This document shows positions 35,203 to 43,294 of a stretch of 43,294 bases of DNA, piece after piece. A model generated the notes under the pieces. It was not told where the DNA came from. It saw only the letters and a list, made by a program, of their open reading frames with translations, and made no database searches. The stretch is from positions 1 through 43,294 of the IMG/VR virus record IMGVR_UViG_3300032024_000100. One strand, written 5' to 3'. Position 1 is the stretch's first letter. Every line of letters begins with the position of its first letter. Both the position numbers and the translations under genes were made by a program. Source of the DNA: a virus. Its lineage: Duplodnaviria; Caudoviricetes.

Positions 35203-35227
35203 CACGCGGCGCGCCGCATCACACCTT
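35199..35227 (+). promoter_or_regulatory. Sigma70-like promoter overlapping the dpdA stop codon
   Basis: TTGACA-N17-CACCTT. Confidence 0.65.
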
Positions 35228-35254
35228 CACGACGCATCACGAACGGAGAGCACC

Positions 35255-35500
35255 ATGAACGAAGCGAAGACCACCGACCCTGTGATCGCGAAGATCCGGG
35301 TCGACGCCGACAAGCGCAACGCCGAGATCAACGCACGCCTCGAGGGGATCGCGCGCCGCGTTCTCGAGCGGTCCCTGGCGGCCGATGGGAAGATCACGAT
35401 CACGACCTACGCCCTCCGCCTGGCGATGCGCGAGGCGCTCGACGCCGGCCGCGAAATGGGAGCCGCTCGCATGGCCGAGATCATCCGGGGTGACTGGTGA
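35255..35500 (+). CDS. Hypothetical protein (81 aa)
   Basis: GAACGGAGAG RBS; operon leader. Confidence 0.7.
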   Translation: MNEAKTTDPVIAKIRVDADKRNAEINARLEGIARRVLERSLAADGKITITTYALRLAMREALDAGREMGAARMAEIIRGDW

Positions 35501-35865
35501 GCCGCGAGAACCTCGACCCGCCGGAGCCAAAGTACCCGCCGAACGGCGACGCAACGATCTACGTCGAGCGGCCGATCCCTGTCGTGATCTCGGCCTCGGC
35601 GCTCGAGCTCGTCGACCGCGATCCGGCCCAGCTTGACCTCGAGACGTTGTTCAACTTCGACGGCTTCGCGGAGTTCGCCGTTCTCGTGAGCTTCGACGAG
35701 GGCCGGGTCTTCTCGGCCGAGGTGTTCGACGAGGAGACCGGCCGGTCCCTCGGTCCGATCGAACTCACCGCCGACGAGCGCGAGACCGCCGAGGTCAACT
35801 GGTCGGAAGACTGCGCGGCCTACCCTGACGAGCGCGACGACGGCGACCGGGACCCCGACCGATGA
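35497..35865 (+). CDS. Highly acidic hypothetical protein
   Basis: GTGA-coupled; Asp/Glu-rich. Confidence 0.65.
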   Translation: MSRENLDPPEPKYPPNGDATIYVERPIPVVISASALELVDRDPAQLDLETLFNFDGFAEFAVLVSFDEGRVFSAEVFDEETGRSLGPIELTADERETAEVNWSEDCAAYPDERDDGDRDPDR

Positions 35866-36074
35866 GCCGCGACTACGACGCCGAAATGCGCCTCCCGCCC
35901 GGCAAGACGTGCGGCGATTGCTGGCACCTTCGGCGGTGCCTGGCGTTCGGCTTCACGAAGAACGAGGAGCGAACCGGGTGTGACTTCCACCCGAACCGCT
36001 TCGCCGACGCCGGCTTCAAGAACGACGGCTGGCGGGTCGCGGCCCTCGAGCTCGTTCGGGAGCGGCTCGGGTGA
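35862..36074 (+). CDS. Small Cys-rich phage protein
   Basis: MRLPPGKTCGDC.H..RC..FG......CDF.PNRF. Confidence 0.75.
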   Translation: MSRDYDAEMRLPPGKTCGDCWHLRRCLAFGFTKNEERTGCDFHPNRFADAGFKNDGWRVAALELVRERLG

Positions 36075-36304
36075 GCGCGCAACTCCGCCTGGGCTTCGCC
36101 GACGTTCGGCGGGCTCGCGTCTCTTCGTGGCACGGCCTCACGCCGGTGCCTGGCGATCAACTAAAGAGCCGGCGCGCGCTCTACCTGATCGTTCACGTCG
36201 AGCTCCTCGAGACCGGGAAGCCGCGCGCCTTCCACCTCACACGGATCAAGCCAGGCGCCGTCGAGGGCGGCCGGGTTCACCCGTGGTTTTGGGATCGCCG
36301 ATGA
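36071..36304 (+). CDS. Hypothetical protein (77 aa)
   Basis: Coupled at both ends. Confidence 0.6.
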   Translation: MSAQLRLGFADVRRARVSSWHGLTPVPGDQLKSRRALYLIVHVELLETGKPRAFHLTRIKPGAVEGGRVHPWFWDRR

Positions 36305-36576
36305 AGCCGGCGCCCTACCGCCTCGAGGAGCTCGAGGGCCTCGCGAAGGCCGATCGTCACCGCCTCCGCGCGACCGTCGAGGAGCTCGAGCATCATCGGG
36401 AGCTCGTGAAGTTCCTCAGGATCGCCGCGGGCCCGGCGCGCATCGTCGCGGTTGAGTTCGCGCTCGAGCATTCGATCGACCGGAGCACGCCGGAGCACGA
36501 CCGCGCCGCGTGCCTCGTGTGTGTCGCAATCGATCGCGTTGACCCCTTCGACGAGACCCCGGACGCGCCGTTTTGA
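36301..36576 (+). CDS. Hypothetical protein (91 aa)
   Basis: ATGA-coupled; H...H...CLVC. Confidence 0.6.
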   Translation: MKPAPYRLEELEGLAKADRHRLRATVEELEHHRELVKFLRIAAGPARIVAVEFALEHSIDRSTPEHDRAACLVCVAIDRVDPFDETPDAPF

Positions 36577-36624
36577 AGGCCTTCGGATAGGGTGCTTCTC
36601 GAGGCGTGAGGCCTCGGAGGCAAC

Positions 36625-37446
36625 GTGACGCGCACCGCGAAGGCCCCCGCGAAGGGACGGCCGTCGATCTACACGCCGAAGATCGGGAACCGGATCGTCC
36701 GGTTGATCTTGACCGGCGTCACGTTCGAAGCGGCCGCGGCCTCAAACGGCGTGTCGATCGCGGTGCTCTTCCGATGGATCCAGAAGGGCTCGAGGCTCTA
36801 CCGGGCCGCCGGCGACGATGCGCTCGGGTGGCCCCTCCCGGAGAGCGTCGAGAAGCTCGAGACCTATCAGCCCCCCGACCTGGCGTGCTTCTCCGAGGCG
36901 ATCCACATGGCCCGCGGAGCCGCTCGAGCTCTTCACGAGGCGAACTTCGCAAGGCACGCGCGCGCCGACTGGCGGGCCTCCTACGCCTGGCTCCGGCACC
37001 GCGCGACAAAGGTCTGGGGGGATCACAACGAAGCCGACGACGTAGCGCCGCGGCGCGTGAAGGCCGGCGAGGCGAAGACCTCCCTCGGGACCGACCTCAC
37101 GACCGAGCTCGACGCATCACGCTCGAGGCTCGACGCCCTCCGCCAGGTGATCACCGCCGGCGGAGCTCCCGGCCTCCCCCTGGCTCAAGCCCTCGCGCTC
37201 GAGGCCTCGACCATGAACCTGATCGGCCGGCTCGTGAAGGCGCAGCATGAGATCAACCCGGCCGCCGGGAAGTCCGGCGACTTCCGGATCGCGATCGACT
37301 TCACCGAAGCCGCGAAGGGCTTCGACATGGGCCCGCGCGTTCCGGAGCTCGAGGGCGGGAGCGGGAAGAAAGCCGAGCGGAAGCCGCTCGAGCCGGAGCA
37401 GTCTCACCGGCCGCCGGTTGACTCCGACGGGTGGGACGAAACGTGA
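36625..37446 (+). CDS. terS: Terminase small subunit
   Basis: GRPSIYTP.I...G....AAA..GVS...LFRW HTH; DWRA..AWL..R; directly upstream of terL; SD GGAGG. Confidence 0.8.
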   Translation: MTRTAKAPAKGRPSIYTPKIGNRIVRLILTGVTFEAAAASNGVSIAVLFRWIQKGSRLYRAAGDDALGWPLPESVEKLETYQPPDLACFSEAIHMARGAARALHEANFARHARADWRASYAWLRHRATKVWGDHNEADDVAPRRVKAGEAKTSLGTDLTTELDASRSRLDALRQVITAGGAPGLPLAQALALEASTMNLIGRLVKAQHEINPAAGKSGDFRIAIDFTEAAKGFDMGPRVPELEGGSGKKAERKPLEPEQSHRPPVDSDGWDET

Positions 37447-38729
37447 GCGCGCCTCCGATGGCGGCCGGCTCGATCCGGCTCGACCGCGGGCCGATGCGGT
37501 TCCTCCTCGCGCAAGAGCCGATCGTTGTCGCATCGGCCGGCATCCGCGGCGCGAAGACTCACACGGGAGCGATCAAGGATCTCACCTACGCCCTCGAGCA
37601 TCCGACGGCCGAGGACGAGTACCACGTGGTGGCCTCGCCTACGTTCGAGATGTCGAAGGTCCCGGTCGAGAAGTTCTTCCGGCTCCTCTACGACACCTCG
37701 ATCTTCCCGGTCTCGCCGTTGCTCCGCTACTGGAAGCACGATCGCGTGTTCCTCCTCGCGGCGAACGGCGGGACCTCGAGGATCAAGGTCGTCTCGGCGC
37801 ACGACCCCGATCGATGGCGCGGCTTCAAGTGGCGATCGGCCTGGCTCGACGAGGCCGCGTACATGAGCAGCTACGCGTGGGAGGTGGCGCAGGGCCGGTT
37901 GATCGACACGGCCGGGCCCGCCTGGCTCACGACGACGCCGCGCGGCTACAACTGGCTCTTCGATCTCTACGTGCGCGCGAAGACCGACCCGACGATCCGG
38001 TTCATTCACTGGCGCACGCAAGACAACTCTCACATTCGGACCGAGCGCCTCGCCGACTACGTGAAGAACCTCGACGCGAAGACCGCGGCGCAAGAGACCG
38101 GCGCCCTGTTCATGCAGGAGGGCGGGACCGTGTACCACGCGTTCGACGAGGGCCGGAACGTCGCACCAGGCCGACTCAACCCCGAGCGCGAGCTCTTCGT
38201 GGGCGTCGACTTCAACGTCAACCCCATGTCCGCGGTGCTCTTCCAGCCGTTCACGACGCGCGAGGGCCTCGAGGGCATTCACGGGATCGCCGAGAAGTAC
38301 ATCGACGACGGCGACACGTTCAAGCTCATGACCTGGCTCGTCGAGTTCTGCAAAACGAACCGGCTCCCTCGTTCGCGCGTCACCGTGTACCCGGACGCCA
38401 GCGGCCGAGCTCGGTCGACCTCCGGCAAGTCCGATCTCCAGATCATCAGAGACGCCGGCTTCGCGGTGCGAGCTCCTCGGACGAACCCACCGATCCGGGA
38501 TCGCGTGAACTGCGTAAACGGCCTGCTGGCGCCGTTGCTTCTCCGCTTCCCGCGGCTCGTGATCGATCCCTCGCTCGTCGTGCTCATCAACGCGTTGAAG
38601 CACCAAAAGCGCGACCCGAAGACGAGCCTCCCGGACAAAGAGCACGGCCTCGATCACCCGAACGACGCGCTCGGCTACCTCTGCCATGAGCGTTACCCGC
38701 TTCGCCTCGAGGGCGGACTCGCGGCATAG
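37443..38729 (+). CDS. terL: Terminase large subunit
   Basis: Walker A AGIRGAKT, Walker B AWLDEA, TTTPRG, nuclease VGVDFNVNP, YPDASG, DHPNDALGY. Confidence 0.95.
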   Translation: MSAPPMAAGSIRLDRGPMRFLLAQEPIVVASAGIRGAKTHTGAIKDLTYALEHPTAEDEYHVVASPTFEMSKVPVEKFFRLLYDTSIFPVSPLLRYWKHDRVFLLAANGGTSRIKVVSAHDPDRWRGFKWRSAWLDEAAYMSSYAWEVAQGRLIDTAGPAWLTTTPRGYNWLFDLYVRAKTDPTIRFIHWRTQDNSHIRTERLADYVKNLDAKTAAQETGALFMQEGGTVYHAFDEGRNVAPGRLNPERELFVGVDFNVNPMSAVLFQPFTTREGLEGIHGIAEKYIDDGDTFKLMTWLVEFCKTNRLPRSRVTVYPDASGRARSTSGKSDLQIIRDAGFAVRAPRTNPPIRDRVNCVNGLLAPLLLRFPRLVIDPSLVVLINALKHQKRDPKTSLPDKEHGLDHPNDALGYLCHERYPLRLEGGLAA

Positions 38730-38736
38730 TGCCTCC

Positions 38737-40566
38737 ATGCGCTTCCTCACCGTCGCCGAATTCCGCAAGACCGTTGCCGCGTTCCAGTCGGGAACCTCGT
38801 TGATCGCGGATGGCGGAGGCGGCTCGCCCGTGAACCTGGCGGGTGAGATCGGCGAGGTGATTCAGTCCGTGAAGGCCTTCTCCGGAACCCCGGAGGCGGT
38901 CGCGATGCGAGAGCAGGCGAAGCGCAAAGACCGGATGATGGGCAACAAGTTCAAGGCCGATCTCCTCGATCTTCTCCAGGCCTCGTTCAACCCGATCACC
39001 TTCGCGAACCTCAAGCTCACGCCACACACCTCGACGAACCTCCTCGTCGAGATCGTCGCGAAGCTCTCGGCGCTCTACGACACGAAGCCGCGCCGCTACT
39101 TGAAGCTCGACTCCGACGAGGCGTCCGACAAGCCCGCGGTCCCGAAGCCGGCGAGCGTCGAGGAGCTCGCGCAACGGGCCCTGGCGCCGGAACTCGGCGA
39201 CCCGACCGAAGCCGGCGACGCGGAGCTCGAGCAACTCCTCGAGTACCTCGACGTCGACGAGGCCGACGCCGACGACGAAGGGGAGACCTTCGATCTCCTC
39301 GCGAAGGTCTCGCACCTCGACGTCGTGCTTCAAAAGGTCGAGCGCCTCGCGCGCGCGCACTCGTGCGTCTGGGTGCGGCCGAACGTGACCTACGACGTCA
39401 ACGCGAAGGCCGAGGAGGAAGCGGTGAGCGGCCGCCTCTCGTTCCTCGTCTACACGCCAGGGACCGCGGGGATCGTCGCCGACTACGAGAACGAGGCCGA
39501 GGCGCGCGCGTTCTACTACTTCGCAGAAGAGGCGGTCGGCGGGAAGGTCGTCTCGGTGATCCACATTTTCACCGCAACGGCGCACGTGAAGGTCGACAAC
39601 GAGTTCAAGCCGATCGGCGAGGTGACGCCGAACCTCCTCGGCCGACTCCCGGCCGCGAAGTTCGAGATCGATCTCCCGATCAACGGCTACCACTGCGAAG
39701 GGATCGGCGACGACCTGTACGACGCAACGCTCGAGGTCTGCGTGCTCAAGACGATCCAGAATCAGCGCGCGAAGGATACCGGCTTCAAGCAACTTGCGAT
39801 CTCCGGCGACCCGAAGAACTTCCCCGCGGATCAGGTCATGGGGGGCTCGCGTCCCGTAATGCTCGGCGACGGCGGGACGGCGAGCGTTCTCGACCTGGCG
39901 CCGGAGCTCGAGCAGTGGAGCAACATGTGCCGCGATCGCGAGAAGTCGATCCAGACGAAGTACGGGATCACCGTCGAGAGCGAAACCAGCGGAGGCCCCG
40001 AGAGCGGCTACGCGAAGAAGCTCAAAATGGCGGCCGTGCTCCGCGAGAACCTCCGTGTGCGGCCTCACTTCCTCCGCGGGGAGTCCGACCTGTTCGACCT
40101 GATCGGGCGCACCCTTGAGATCCGCCCGATCCCTGACGTCGACGCCGTTCCCGCCGGCGAGCTCGTGATCGATTTCGTCGAGCCGTCGATCGACGAGAAC
40201 CCGAAGGATCAGCTGGAGATCGACGCGAAGGAACTCACCCTGGGCCTGACGAACGTCGTCGAGATCCTCGCGCGGAAGAACCCCGACCTCTCCGATCCCG
40301 AGCTCGCGCGGATGGCGTTCAACAACATCAGGATCAACGAGCTTCTCACGCCCTCGCGCGGTGAGCGGTTGATCGATTTCCTTTCACTCGGAGGCAAGCC
40401 CGATGGCGGAGCGCAGCAACAAGGCGGCGGAGCGAACGACGGGACCGGCGACAACAGGGACCCCGGGACTCCGAAGCCCGGCGCACAAGCGGCTGGTGGT
40501 GGCGATCCTCGACCGCCAGTCGGACGAAGCGCGGCTGGTGGAAGCGGTCGGCCTCCGGGCCGATGA
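38737..40566 (+). CDS. Portal protein
   Basis: Follows terL; about 610 aa; PNLLGRLP and ESGYAKKLK motifs; disordered Gly-rich tail. Confidence 0.85.
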   Translation: MRFLTVAEFRKTVAAFQSGTSLIADGGGGSPVNLAGEIGEVIQSVKAFSGTPEAVAMREQAKRKDRMMGNKFKADLLDLLQASFNPITFANLKLTPHTSTNLLVEIVAKLSALYDTKPRRYLKLDSDEASDKPAVPKPASVEELAQRALAPELGDPTEAGDAELEQLLEYLDVDEADADDEGETFDLLAKVSHLDVVLQKVERLARAHSCVWVRPNVTYDVNAKAEEEAVSGRLSFLVYTPGTAGIVADYENEAEARAFYYFAEEAVGGKVVSVIHIFTATAHVKVDNEFKPIGEVTPNLLGRLPAAKFEIDLPINGYHCEGIGDDLYDATLEVCVLKTIQNQRAKDTGFKQLAISGDPKNFPADQVMGGSRPVMLGDGGTASVLDLAPELEQWSNMCRDREKSIQTKYGITVESETSGGPESGYAKKLKMAAVLRENLRVRPHFLRGESDLFDLIGRTLEIRPIPDVDAVPAGELVIDFVEPSIDENPKDQLEIDAKELTLGLTNVVEILARKNPDLSDPELARMAFNNIRINELLTPSRGERLIDFLSLGGKPDGGAQQQGGGANDGTGDNRDPGTPKPGAQAAGGGDPRPPVGRSAAGGSGRPPGR

Positions 40567-40861
40567 CCTGGCGCGGAGGATCTCGGCCGGAGCTCGAGCG
40601 CTAATCTCTCACGCGGCCGGCGGCCGGGTGAACGCGGTCAAGGCGCGCGCGGCGTTCGTCTCGCTCTTCGCGGCCCTTCACCTCGTCGAGCTCGCGCGCG
40701 GCGCTCCGGAGATCCTCGAGCTCCTCGACGGCGCGATCACGGCCGAACTCGAGGCCTTCCGGAAGGCCGGCGCCGGCGTCGAGCCGATCCAAGCGATCGA
40801 GCGGGTCGCGCGTGAGCTCGAGCGGCGCGCCGAACTCGAAAAGGAGAAGCCCGATGCCTGA
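40403..40861 (+). CDS. Hypothetical helical protein overlapping the portal 3' end (start uncertain)
   Basis: Amphipathic helical translation; stop overlaps the next start. Confidence 0.55.
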   Translation: MAERSNKAAERTTGPATTGTPGLRSPAHKRLVVAILDRQSDEARLVEAVGLRADDLARRISAGARALISHAAGGRVNAVKARAAFVSLFAALHLVELARGAPEILELLDGAITAELEAFRKAGAGVEPIQAIERVARELERRAELEKEKPDA

Positions 40862-41378
40862 CGTCCTCTCCCGCCGACCTCGCAAGGCACGGCCGCTCAC
40901 CGGGCCAGGCCGACTCCCGAAGCTCGAGAACCTCGTGAACAAAACGCCGGCCGAGCTCACGGCGACGCTCAACCGCTTCGGGATCAAGCCGGACATGGAA
41001 GCGATCAACCGCGCCGCGAACCGGGCCTTCGACCCGATCGAGCGCCTGATCGCGAAGGGCCAGGTACCCGACGACGCGGCCTGGGCGAACATCGAGAAGG
41101 ATCTCGAGCGCCGCGTGAAGAACTCGCTGCGCGACATGACCCGGAGCGCGATCCGGCTCTACCGAATCGACCGAGCTCGAGCCGAGGGCGGAAACCAGAT
41201 CTGGATCTCCGCGCTTCGCAACCCGTGCGAGTCGTGCCTGAAGCGGCACGGCCAGGTGAAAACCTTCGCGCAATGGGAGAAGGCCGGGCTTCCTGGCGAT
41301 CCCGTTCTCGTGTGTTGCTCGTTCGAGCCGCGGTGCCAATGCACGATCGGGCCGGTCTCCGACGGCGAGGATCAGTGA
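40854..41378 (+). CDS. MuF/SPP1 gp7-like minor head protein (short)
   Basis: WIS....PCESC..RHG......W...GLPG....C....RCQC; SD AAGGAG. Confidence 0.7.
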   Translation: MPDVLSRRPRKARPLTGPGRLPKLENLVNKTPAELTATLNRFGIKPDMEAINRAANRAFDPIERLIAKGQVPDDAAWANIEKDLERRVKNSLRDMTRSAIRLYRIDRARAEGGNQIWISALRNPCESCLKRHGQVKTFAQWEKAGLPGDPVLVCCSFEPRCQCTIGPVSDGEDQ

Positions 41379-41566
41379 GTCCCCGTGCCTTCCGCTACCT
41401 CGAGAACCGATGCGTCGGCCTGCTCATGCGCCGGCGCCGGCTCCGCTTCCACCTCCGAGGCCCCGAGCGGAAACGACTCTGGGCCTTCTCTCAGTTCACC
41501 TACACCTGGCGCATGTTCGCGCTCATTCCTCGAGCCGCTCGAGTCGCGCGCCGGTTCTTCGCTTGA
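41375..41566 (+). CDS. Small Arg-rich hypothetical protein
   Basis: GTGA-coupled; fills the gap before the scaffold gene. Confidence 0.45.
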   Translation: MSPRAFRYLENRCVGLLMRRRRLRFHLRGPERKRLWAFSQFTYTWRMFALIPRAARVARRFFA

Positions 41567-41632
41567 CTTGCTCCGCGGCGCCGCGCGTGAGAGGTTCTTT
41601 CTCGCATCACAAACCAACCGCGAGGGTTGAAC

Positions 41633-42376
41633 ATGACGGAAGCCGAAAAGGCCGCTGCCGCGAAGGCCGCTGCTGAAGCGAAGACGAAGAGCGACGCCGA
41701 GGCCGCGGCAAAGAAGGCGGCCGACGACAAGGCCGCGGCCGACGACGACGAGGAGGAAGATCCTCCCGCCGACGACAAGGCCGACAAGCCGATCTCCCGC
41801 GCCGAGTTCGAGGCCTTCAAAAAGAAGGCGAACAAGGAAGCCGAGAAGCACCGCCTCGGAAAGAAGACCGCCGAGGATGCGCTCGACACCTTCCGCAAGG
41901 GGATCTCCGGCGCCCTCGGGATCAAGGAAGGCACGACGACGACCGTCGACGCCGCGGCGACCGCCTCGACCGAGAAGCAGAAGCGGCTCCTCGTTCGTTC
42001 CGAGTTCGTCGGCCTCGCCGCGGCCGCCGGCGCGATCTCCGCTGGCGATGCGTTCGAGCTCGCGCGGCCGTACCTGAAAGACGTCGCGGTCGATCTCGAG
42101 AACGAGAGCGTTGACGCCGAGGCCCTCGTCGATGCGGTCGAGGCCCTCAAAAAGGCGAAGCCCTTCCTCTTCAAGGCGGAAGGTGCGCAGAATGACTCAG
42201 GCGACGACGCCGACGGCGTGAAGCGGCCGGCGAAGAAGCCTGACGGCTCCGGGAAACCGGCGGCCGGCGGAACCGATTACGAGAAGTGGCAGGCCCTCGT
42301 GAAGAGCGGCCGCAACGCGGAGGCCGCGACTTTCTACGGAAAGAACAAGGCCGGCATCAAGGCGACGTGGAAGTAA
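41633..42376 (+). CDS. Capsid scaffolding protein
   Basis: Ala/Lys/Asp-rich; EAEKHR; VEALKKAKPFLF motif; directly upstream of the capsid gene. Confidence 0.8.
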   Translation: MTEAEKAAAAKAAAEAKTKSDAEAAAKKAADDKAAADDDEEEDPPADDKADKPISRAEFEAFKKKANKEAEKHRLGKKTAEDALDTFRKGISGALGIKEGTTTTVDAAATASTEKQKRLLVRSEFVGLAAAAGAISAGDAFELARPYLKDVAVDLENESVDAEALVDAVEALKKAKPFLFKAEGAQNDSGDDADGVKRPAKKPDGSGKPAAGGTDYEKWQALVKSGRNAEAATFYGKNKAGIKATWK

Positions 42377-42462
42377 CGCAACGCGAGGGACGGCGACCCG
42401 TGAGGGGGCGGAAGTCAGCGCGCGCGAGGTAGTTCAACAACTCACGCAAGGATCGAAACCCG

Positions 42463-43294
42463 ATGGCTCTCACTCTGACCTCTGCCCTGACGCAGGAAGT
42501 CTTCGCCGCGATCGCGGCCGAGCTCCTTCTCGCCGTCGACGACGTTCACATCTACCTCGAGAGCGGTCCGATCGACCGCGCGCTCGAGCCGCCTCCCCCT
42601 GGCGCGACCACGGTCGGGTTCAACAAGCCGACCCTGCCCGGCGGGACGTACACCGAAGCCTCGCGCCGCATGACCGAGGGCACCGACGTCTCGGCGAACT
42701 CGCTCGCGATCGCCATGGGCCAGGAAGTCCTCACGATCCGCGAGTACGGCGGGCCGCACGACGGGACGACCGTCGTTCCGTTCGGCATCACGGAACGAAT
42801 GAAGCTCCTCGCGAAGCATAACCTGGCCGAGCTCATCGGCGGTTACCTCCGGCGCGATCGCGTGAAGTTCCTCAACGTGACGTACCGGGATCTGCTGCTC
42901 TCGACCTCGATCGTCGTCACGGTCGGCGGAGTCGCCGAGGCCGCGATCGTCGCCGGGCAGACGCTCACCGCCGCGACCGAGCGCGCGCTCAACAAGGCCC
43001 TGAAGGACAACAAGATCCCGCCCTACGGGAACGGCCGCTGGCGCCGCGCGATCAACACCCGCGACGAGCAGTACCTGAAGACCGAGAGCGACGTGAAGGC
43101 GCAGTTCAACTTCAACGCGCAGGAGTCGGCGAACGTGCGCGGCTACATCGGCACGTGGGAAGGGATGGACTACATCACCGACACGTACATGCCGACGAAG
43201 GCGTGCGGCGCGGCCGATGCGGTCACCGGCTACCAGGGGCTGGCCTGGGGTCCGAACGGCATCGGTCACGAGCCGGTGATGAACCCCGAGCCGC
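42463..43294 (+). CDS. Major capsid protein, N-terminal part (about 313 aa in total), missed by the ORF track
   Basis: ATG 42463 MALTLTSALTQEVF...LTIREYGGP...GYIGTWEGMDYI, open to the window end; SD AAGGA; N4-gp56/P22-coat-like HK97-fold pattern. Confidence 0.88.
   Translation, partial: MALTLTSALTQEVFAAIAAELLLAVDDVHIYLESGPIDRALEPPPPGATTVGFNKPTLPGGTYTEASRRMTEGTDVSANSLAIAMGQEVLTIREYGGPHDGTTVVPFGITERMKLLAKHNLAELIGGYLRRDRVKFLNVTYRDLLLSTSIVVTVGGVAEAAIVAGQTLTAATERALNKALKDNKIPPYGNGRWRRAINTRDEQYLKTESDVKAQFNFNAQESANVRGYIGTWEGMDYITDTYMPTKACGAADAVTGYQGLAWGPNGIGHEPVMNPEP
43240..43294. repeat. Terminal direct repeat, right copy
   Basis: Identical to 1-55. Confidence 0.97.

Noticed and set aside
37533-37560. 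TerL Walker A variant GIRGAKT as a sign of inactivation
   Set aside because: The catalytic Lys-Thr and Arg, Walker B and nuclease Asp residues are intact, so this is likely a tolerated variant.
42442-43269. Minus-strand 275-aa ORF as the gene in this interval
   Set aside because: It is the shadow of the capsid ORF, which the track missed because it runs off the window end.
43240-43294. 55-bp terminal repeat as a biological direct terminal repeat or att site
   Set aside because: It falls mid-capsid gene and 55 is a common assembler k-mer size. It indicates circular assembly, not real genome ends.
1-43294. tRNA/rRNA genes or stop-codon reassignment
   Set aside because: No cloverleaf was seen in the short intergenic gaps, and all three stop codons end genes normally under the standard code.

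Overview
The window is an apparently complete, circularly assembled, high-GC siphovirus-like phage genome. Bases 1-55 repeat exactly at 43240-43294, giving a unique length of about 43,239 bp, and the major capsid ORF reads across the junction. Layout: head and tail genes on + (36625-43294 continuing into 1-18090, with a lysis cassette at about 13.4-15.6 kb); a leftward early block with a YqaJ/RecT recombination pair (18087-25224); and a rightward replication and DNA-metabolism block (initiator with iteron-like repeats, HU-like, RusA-like, HNH, DUF1643). A DNA-modification set comprises two adenine/N4 methyltransferases, a C5 methyltransferase with a second subunit nested in another frame, and a stand-alone DpdA/TGT-like transglycosylase. 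I found no integrase, CI-type repressor, polymerase, helicase, tRNA or CRISPR array. DAG/DGG motifs in exported proteins suggest a Myxococcota host (inference). The most striking unexplained signal is regulatory. Twelve genes on both strands, mostly operon leaders, carry the same 9-10 nt ribosome-binding element GAACGGAGA(G). The only other exact copy I found lies in the opposite sense in the loop of a two-hairpin intergenic RNA at about 31343-31420, a candidate phage sRNA that could pair with all of these RBSs. A second gene class, including dpdA, appears leaderless and would escape it. All calls are by-eye motif recognition; no database searches or folding programs were run.
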